A stretch of DNA of 32,000 nucleotides from Erysipelotrichaceae bacterium MTC7. Lineage in GTDB: Bacteria; Bacillota_I; Bacilli_A; Erysipelotrichales; Erysipelotrichaceae. The stretch covers positions 180,001 to 212,000 of the forward strand of contig LVZN01000001.1 of the NCBI GenBank assembly GCA_001695645.1, written 5' to 3'. The first letter of the stretch is position 1. Each line of letters opens with the position of its first letter. Shown in pieces: positions 18,469 to 23,361 of the stretch. The translations under genes and the position numbers were made by a program. The notes beneath the pieces are model-generated. The model was not told the origin of the DNA, searched no databases, and saw nothing but the letters and a program-made list of their open reading frames with translations.

Positions 18469-18481
18469 TTGGGAACAGCGT
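18469..18481 (+). repeat. IR core W-a (5' edge of TRD-A')
   Basis: TTGGGAACAGCGT is the inverted copy of 21111-21123 and 21690-21702, and 19/21 over TTGGGAACAGCGTnAGTTnGG. Confidence 0.85.
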
Positions 18482-18958
18482 GAGTTGGGAGAATACCTAG
18501 AATTTTCCAATATAAAAAATAAAGAAGATAGTTATTCAAGGAGTGAGGTGCTTTCTGTTTCAAGTACGTTGGGGGTCGTAAATCAACTTGAATTAAAAGG
18601 AAGATCTTTTGCTGGGGAGTCGCTAAAAGGTTATTACATTGTGAAAAATAGAGATGTGATTTATGCAAAGTCCATTTCTAGCAATAATCCTTATGGGACA
18701 ATACGGACTAATCGCATTCATGAAGGCGTTGTTTCGCCACTTTATGCAGTTTTTAAGCCAAAGGAGAATGTCCATCCTGAATTTGTTCAAGTTTACTTTG
18801 AGTTAGATACAAGAATGAACAATTATATTTTCCCATTAGTTAATATGGGAGACAGGTTTATTCAAGTTTCGGGAAACGATGTAATCAGTGGAAATGTAAT
18901 ATTCCCTAGAATTGAAGAGCAAATGAAGATTTCATTGTTTTTTGATTCTCTCGACCAA

Positions 18959-18975
18959 ACTATTACTCTTCATCA
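18959..18975 (+). repeat. IR core L-a (3' edge of TRD-A')
   Basis: ACTATTACTCTTCATCA is a perfect 17-bp inverted copy of 21214-21230. Confidence 0.9.
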
Positions 18976-19035
18976 TCGTGAGATTTTTTCATTTTCCACG
19001 TTTTTTTACGTGTTTTTTATCATTTTCACAATAAC

Positions 19036-19054
19036 TTGGGAACATCGTAAGTTA
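19036..19054 (+). repeat. IR core W-b (5' edge of TRD-B')
   Basis: TTGGGAACATCGTAAGTTA matches the inverted hsdS copies (TTGGGAACAGCGTAAGTTA) at 18 of 19 positions. Confidence 0.85.
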
Positions 19055-19520
19055 TCTGATGTGATGTCTAAATTTATTGTCCCTATGCGAGATAAGCCAA
19101 AAGAGTTTGGTGGAGATATTCCATGGACTCGGATTGAAGATATTGAAGGAAAATTTCTTAATGATAGTTTATCAGGTCAATATGTTTCGGAAGACATTGT
19201 TCAAAAAATGAATCTTAAGATTATCCCTGCAGGTTCGTTAATCGTCTCTGCAAGTGCGACATTTGGTGTAGTTGCCGTTGTGACACGAGATTTGATCACA
19301 AACCAAACATTTATTGGACTTGTACCGAGAAAGGAATTCGATGTCGATTTCTTATATACATTTTTACAATCGCCTACTGTGCAACGTAAGATGAGATTGG
19401 AATCGGCTGGTTCAACTATCTTCTATATTTCTAGGCAAACGTTTGAGAATATGAGTTTTGCGACACCTGAGAAAGATGAACAACATAAGATTGGAGCTTT
19501 CTTCGCGAGTTTGGACACAA

Positions 19521-19536
19521 CTATCACTCTTCATCA
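19521..19536 (+). repeat. IR core L-b (3' edge of TRD-B')
   Basis: CTATCACTCTTCATCA is a perfect 16-bp inverted copy of 20623-20638. Confidence 0.9.
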
Positions 19537-19588
19537 AAAACAGTGACTATTACTGTTTTAGAAATACACATATAAAGGAGGTGCAATT

Positions 19589-20509
19589 ATGCAAAAAGAA
19601 AATATGTTATTTCAAGATTATTTTATTGAATGGGTTAATTTATATAAAAGCGGTGCGGTCCGAGATGTCACCATAACAAAATACAAAATCGCACACAAGA
19701 ATCTTATAAAACTTGCCCCAATATTGAAAATTTCAGAGTTAGATCGTAAGTCTTATCAAAAGCTTTTGAATGATTATGCATTAACGCACGAAAAGCAGAC
19801 AACAATGGATTTTCATCATCTATTAAAAGGTTCCATACTTGATGCATTAGAAGAAGGTTATATTGATATCGATCCAACAAGAAAAGTGGTAATTAAAGGT
19901 AAAACTCCAAGAAAAAAGAAGATCAAGTATTTAAATCAATTCGAATTACAAAAACTTGTGAGTGAATTAACCCTTAATGAAGTTGTTTCCTGGGATTGGT
20001 TGATATTACTGATCGCTAAAACAGGATTACGTTTTTCAGAAGCTCTAGCTTTAACACCAGAAGACTTTGACTTCACGAGACAAGTAATTAATGTAAGTAA
20101 GACATGGGATTATAAATCTATAAACGGTGGATTTGAACCAACTAAAAACAAGGCTTCCATGAGAAAAGTACAAATAGATTGGCATACAACGATGCAACTC
20201 AATCCACTACTTAAAGAACTTCCAAAAAATGATCCCATTTTTGTGGGTGGAAGAGTTTTTAACTCAACAATCAATAATCGACTAAAAAAATACTGTGAAA
20301 AAGCTAATATTCCTGTAATCTCTGTACACGGACTAAGACACACACATGCCTCTCTACTACTGTTTGCTGGAGTTTCAATTGCCAGTGTTGCTCATAGATT
20401 AGGTCATTCTAATATGACAACAACACAAAAAACATATTTGCATGTGATTCAAGAGTTAGAAAACCAAGATAATGACAAAGTTATGCGTTATCTCTCTGCA
20501 CTTTGTTAA
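19589..20509 (+). CDS. tyrosine site-specific recombinase (phage-integrase family), candidate hsdS invertase
   Basis: The catalytic set is visible: TGLRFSEAL (Arg I), HGLRHTHAS (HxxR) and LGHSNMTTTQKTYLHV (His/Tyr). AAAGGAGG lies 7 nt upstream. The gene sits between hsdS' and hsdS. Confidence 0.88.
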   Translation: MQKENMLFQDYFIEWVNLYKSGAVRDVTITKYKIAHKNLIKLAPILKISELDRKSYQKLLNDYALTHEKQTTMDFHHLLKGSILDALEEGYIDIDPTRKVVIKGKTPRKKKIKYLNQFELQKLVSELTLNEVVSWDWLILLIAKTGLRFSEALALTPEDFDFTRQVINVSKTWDYKSINGGFEPTKNKASMRKVQIDWHTTMQLNPLLKELPKNDPIFVGGRVFNSTINNRLKKYCEKANIPVISVHGLRHTHASLLLFAGVSIASVAHRLGHSNMTTTQKTYLHVIQELENQDNDKVMRYLSALC

Positions 20510-20535
20510 TTACTGTTTCACTGTAAAAGTACCAA

Positions 20536-20558
20536 AGGACGCAATTAAATTGCGTCCT
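20536..20558. terminator. palindromic hairpin between the convergent recombinase and hsdS genes
   Basis: AGGACGCA attaaat TGCGTCCT. The minus strand continues TTTGGTACTTTT. It lies 3 nt after the hsdS stop (20562-20564). Confidence 0.65.
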
Positions 20559-20622
20559 ACTCTATATAAACATTTTTTGAAGATATGCTTTCTTTAGTTC
20601 CTGTAATTTTTCGATTTTTTTC

Positions 20623-20638
20623 TGATGAAGAGTGATAG
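20623..20638 (-). repeat. IR core L-2 (3' edge of TRD2 of hsdS)
   Basis: The reverse complement reads CTATCACTCTTCATCA and pairs with 19521-19536. Confidence 0.9.
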
Positions 20639-21094
20639 CGTAATCAAATTGCTCAAAAAGCGCACCGATTTTGTCTTGTTCTACGATGTTAGGTATCATC
20701 ACAGGCATTTTAGACATTTGTTTTCCAGATATCTCTACGAATGTTGATCCTGCTCCCATTACTTCTCCGTACCGTTTTAATTCATGTGATCGTGAAAAAA
20801 TGAAGTAACTGTTTAGTACATTTTTATGAGGTACGATTGACTGAAAGCCTTGGTTAGTAGTTGCTTCTTTGGCCAAAATAGCGGTGTTTCCGATCCCAGC
20901 ACGTGAAGTAAACAGAACAGTTCCAACTGGCAAGATTTTAGTTGAACTCTTCATTCGACCAAGGTCAGTGATTGTTCGCTGACTCTTAGCAACATATATT
21001 TCTTCTCCAATTTCAGCTGGCGTATACCAATCAATATCACCATTCCAATATTCTGCATTCGACGTGCTTGGAGTCCCTCCCCCAATTATATCAG

Positions 21095-21123
21095 CAACTT
21101 TGCCTAACTTACGCTGTTCCCAA
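21095..21123 (-). repeat. 29-bp repeat W-2 (central conserved region, 5' edge of TRD2)
   Basis: The reverse complement reads TTGGGAACAGCGTAAGTTAGGCAAAGTTG. It is a perfect direct repeat of 21674-21702 and is inverted relative to 18469-18481 and 19036-19054. Confidence 0.9.
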
Positions 21124-21213
21124 GCATCAGTAAAACCATCAAATCGCACACTTTGATCGAAAATTTTCTGTAGAAAACCACTCTTTACCGTTTTCATACG
21201 TTCTAACTCTTTC

Positions 21214-21230
21214 TGATGAAGAGTAATAGT
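21214..21230 (-). repeat. IR core L-1 (3' edge of TRD1 of hsdS)
   Basis: The reverse complement reads ACTATTACTCTTCATCA and pairs with 18959-18975. Confidence 0.9.
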
Positions 21231-21673
21231 ATTGTCTATGTTTTCAAATAAATGGCCGATTTTAACTTGCTCTTTCATATTAGGATAACCAATTTCATAT
21301 GGTTCAATGTGTTTATTATTAATTTGAGGAATGGTGGATGTATCGGCTATTTTATATAGCCCAGTTCGACCTATAAATGTATAAAGAAATTTATAATTAA
21401 TATCCACCGGTTCTAATGCCATTATATTAGTATCCATATATGCATCTCTTCCTAATATTCGTACTTTATTCGTGAGTATAGCTGCTCCTCTTTTAGGGAA
21501 AATAATACTTCCTCTTTTTATCTTTTATTATCTTTCATGAGGTTTTACGTTCCAAATACTTCTGTCTTGAATTCGTGCGGAATAGTTCAGGTCATCTACT
21601 TTAATATATGGTTCTGAATCTTGACTCTCAGAAGTAATAAATTCAGATGGGGACCATCCCGACCTAATATTAA

Positions 21674-21702
21674 CAACTTTGCCTAACTTACGCTGTTCCC
21701 AA
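21674..21702 (-). repeat. 29-bp repeat W-1 (N-terminal conserved region, 5' edge of TRD1)
   Basis: Identical to 21095-21123, 579 bp (193 codons) away in the same orientation. Confidence 0.9.
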
Positions 21703-21744
21703 TCATCAGTGAACCCACTAAACCTAATTAATGGTTTTTTCTTA

Positions 21745-23349
21745 TCATTCATGACGGAACACCTTTTTTGTTGCTTCTATGATATCTTTACTTTCATCTG
21801 TAATGGCAAGCTGATTTACTAGCTCTAGAAATTCTTTCTCAGTTTGCTTAATTTCGTTGTTGATTTCTTCAATTTCCTTGCAAACTTGAACAATATCAAT
21901 TGGTTCTTCTTCTTCAAAAGTATCTACATACCTTGGAATATTTAAATTGTATTCATTTTCTTTAATTTCAGCCATGGTAGCTAAGTGAGAATACTTATCA
22001 ATTTCTTCTCTATTCTTGAATGTATCTACAATTTTATCAACATTGTCATTCGTAAGTCGATTTTGATTTTTACCGGACTCAAATTCGTTTGATGCATCAA
22101 TGAACAATACATGTTCATTATCTTCTCTACATTTTTTGAATACTAAAATACAGGTTGGAATTGACGTTCCAAAGAATATGTTAGCTGGCAAACCAATAAC
22201 CGCATCTAAGTAATTCTTTTCCTTGATTAAGAATGTACGAATCACACCTTCTGCTGCCCCTCTAAAAAGCACACCGTGTGGTAGTACAACTGCAAGAGTA
22301 CCATTTTCATCTAAGTGATAAATCATATCTTGTACGAAGGCAAAGTCAGCTTTTGATTTTGGTGCAAGTTTACCGTATTGGCTAAATCTTGGGTCTAATA
22401 AAAACTTCTGGTCTGCGCTCCAGTTCGCACTATAAGGTGGATTGGCAACAATTGCTTCAAAGGTTTGATCTTCACCAATCATTGGGTGTGTTAGTGTATC
22501 CGTGTTGTAAATTGCAAAATCTTTATATCTAATGTCATGCAACAACATATTCATTCGTGCCAAGTTATATGTAGTTGTATTTAATTCCTGCCCATAGTAA
22601 TTATAAACATGTGCGTGTTTACCTACACGCAGCAACAAAGACCCCGATCCACAAGCTGGGTCATATACACTTCGAAGATCTTTTTTATCTATGGTTACAA
22701 TGCGTGTAAGGATTTCAGACACTTGTTGTGGTGTATAGAATTCGCCTGCTTTTTTCCCTGCACTAGCTGCAAACTGTGAAATCAAAAATTCATACGCATC
22801 ACCAAGCACATCAATTTCTGCTTCTCCAATCCCAAAATTGATTTGATCTATGTTATTCATGACTTTTGCAATCAGCTCAGTCCTAGAATTATTATCGCGT
22901 CCAAGTTTGGAACTTTGTAGATCCATATCATCAAATAAGTGATTGAAATCATCTTCAGAATCACGACCGATAGTAGATTCTTCAATCTCATTAATTGCTT
23001 GCTGTAACATTTCGATTTCAAAATCTCCAGTGCGAATTTTTTCAATTAATGTAGAAAATAAGAATTTAGGATCAATAACATATCCCAATCCTCGAATCAT
23101 CTCTTCAACCAAAGTATCTTTAAGTTCGTCACTATTCCAAGCATCAGCATAAGAAATATTATCGTCATCACCTAAAAGTGTATTTGAATAGTCGATTACT
23201 TTTTCTGAAAGAAAACGATAAAAAATCAAACCTAGGATGTAATTCTTAAAGTCACTAGCATCCATGCTTCCTCGTAAATCATTTGCAATCGCCCATAATT
23301 TCTTATTCAGTTCAGCTTGTTGCACTACTTGTTTTTGCTCAACAGTCAT
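21745..23349 (-). CDS. hsdM: Type I restriction-modification system, N6-adenine DNA methyltransferase subunit
   Basis: The HsdM N-terminal region reads LWAIANDLRGSMDASDFKNYILGLIFYRFLSEK. The AdoMet motif is DPACGSGSLL and the catalytic motif is IVANPPYS. AAGGAGA lies upstream. Confidence 0.93.
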   Translation of the reverse strand: MTVEQKQVVQQAELNKKLWAIANDLRGSMDASDFKNYILGLIFYRFLSEKVIDYSNTLLGDDDNISYADAWNSDELKDTLVEEMIRGLGYVIDPKFLFSTLIEKIRTGDFEIEMLQQAINEIEESTIGRDSEDDFNHLFDDMDLQSSKLGRDNNSRTELIAKVMNNIDQINFGIGEAEIDVLGDAYEFLISQFAASAGKKAGEFYTPQQVSEILTRIVTIDKKDLRSVYDPACGSGSLLLRVGKHAHVYNYYGQELNTTTYNLARMNMLLHDIRYKDFAIYNTDTLTHPMIGEDQTFEAIVANPPYSANWSADQKFLLDPRFSQYGKLAPKSKADFAFVQDMIYHLDENGTLAVVLPHGVLFRGAAEGVIRTFLIKEKNYLDAVIGLPANIFFGTSIPTCILVFKKCREDNEHVLFIDASNEFESGKNQNRLTNDNVDKIVDTFKNREEIDKYSHLATMAEIKENEYNLNIPRYVDTFEEEEPIDIVQVCKEIEEINNEIKQTEKEFLELVNQLAITDESKDIIEATKKVFRHE

Positions 23350-23361
23350 TGTATTCTCCTT

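Larger units (their letters stand above)
18449..19546 (+). pseudogene. hsdS: hsdS' silent cassette: start-less open frame encoding two target-recognition domains (TRD-A', TRD-B')
   Basis: There is an in-frame TAA at 18446-18448, then 365 sense codons with no ATG or RBS at the 5' end. The frame opens at the conserved TWEQRELG motif; the TTG start in the ORF track is arbitrary. The layout is TRD-A' ...LDQTITLHHRE, a 17-aa linker, then TWEHRKL TRD-B' ...LDTTITLHQKQ*. Both coiled-coil conserved regions are missing. Confidence 0.85.
20562..21752 (-). pseudogene. hsdS: hsdS in the expression slot, interrupted by tandem in-frame stops (TAA TAA) inside TRD1
   Basis: The track ORFs 21528-21752 (74 aa, MNDKKKPLIRFSGFTDDWEQRKLGKV...) and 20562-21437 (291 aa) are in the same frame. 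The 90 nt between them read TAA then KIKRGSIIFPKRGAAILTNKVRILGRDAY, which is normal TRD sequence. Stops lie at 21530-21528 and 21527-21525. The rest of the architecture is complete: N-conserved region, TRD1, central helix, TRD2, C-terminal helix. The start overlaps the hsdM stop (ATGAATGA). Confidence 0.85.

Noticed and set aside
18417-18668. An 83-aa minus-strand ORF across the start of the silent cassette, and the 72-aa ORF at 19458-19676 spanning the hsdS'/recombinase junction.
   Set aside because: Neither has an RBS. Both are out-of-frame overlaps with better-supported features, and their composition is typical of AT-rich noise.
18485-19546. The ORF-track call of a 353-aa protein starting at TTG 18485, treated as an independently expressed hsdS.
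   Set aside because: There is no RBS and no ATG. The frame is open 12 codons further upstream to an in-frame TAA, and the conserved N-terminal HsdS segment is missing. It is better explained as a silent cassette.
21438-21527. The apparent 90-bp intergenic gap between two separate hsdS-like genes (track ORFs 21528-21752 and 20562-21437).
   Set aside because: The gap is in frame with both ORFs and encodes normal TRD sequence (KIKRGSIIFPKRGAAILTNKVRILGRDAY) after a second TAA. It is therefore one hsdS gene interrupted by TAA TAA, not two genes.
21525-21530. The idea that TAA is recoded or read through in this organism, which would make hsdS intact.
   Set aside because: TAA terminates several well-supported genes in the window at the expected family lengths (for example trpA, the ABC ATPase, the SBP and the recombinase). 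Nothing else in the sequence supports recoding.
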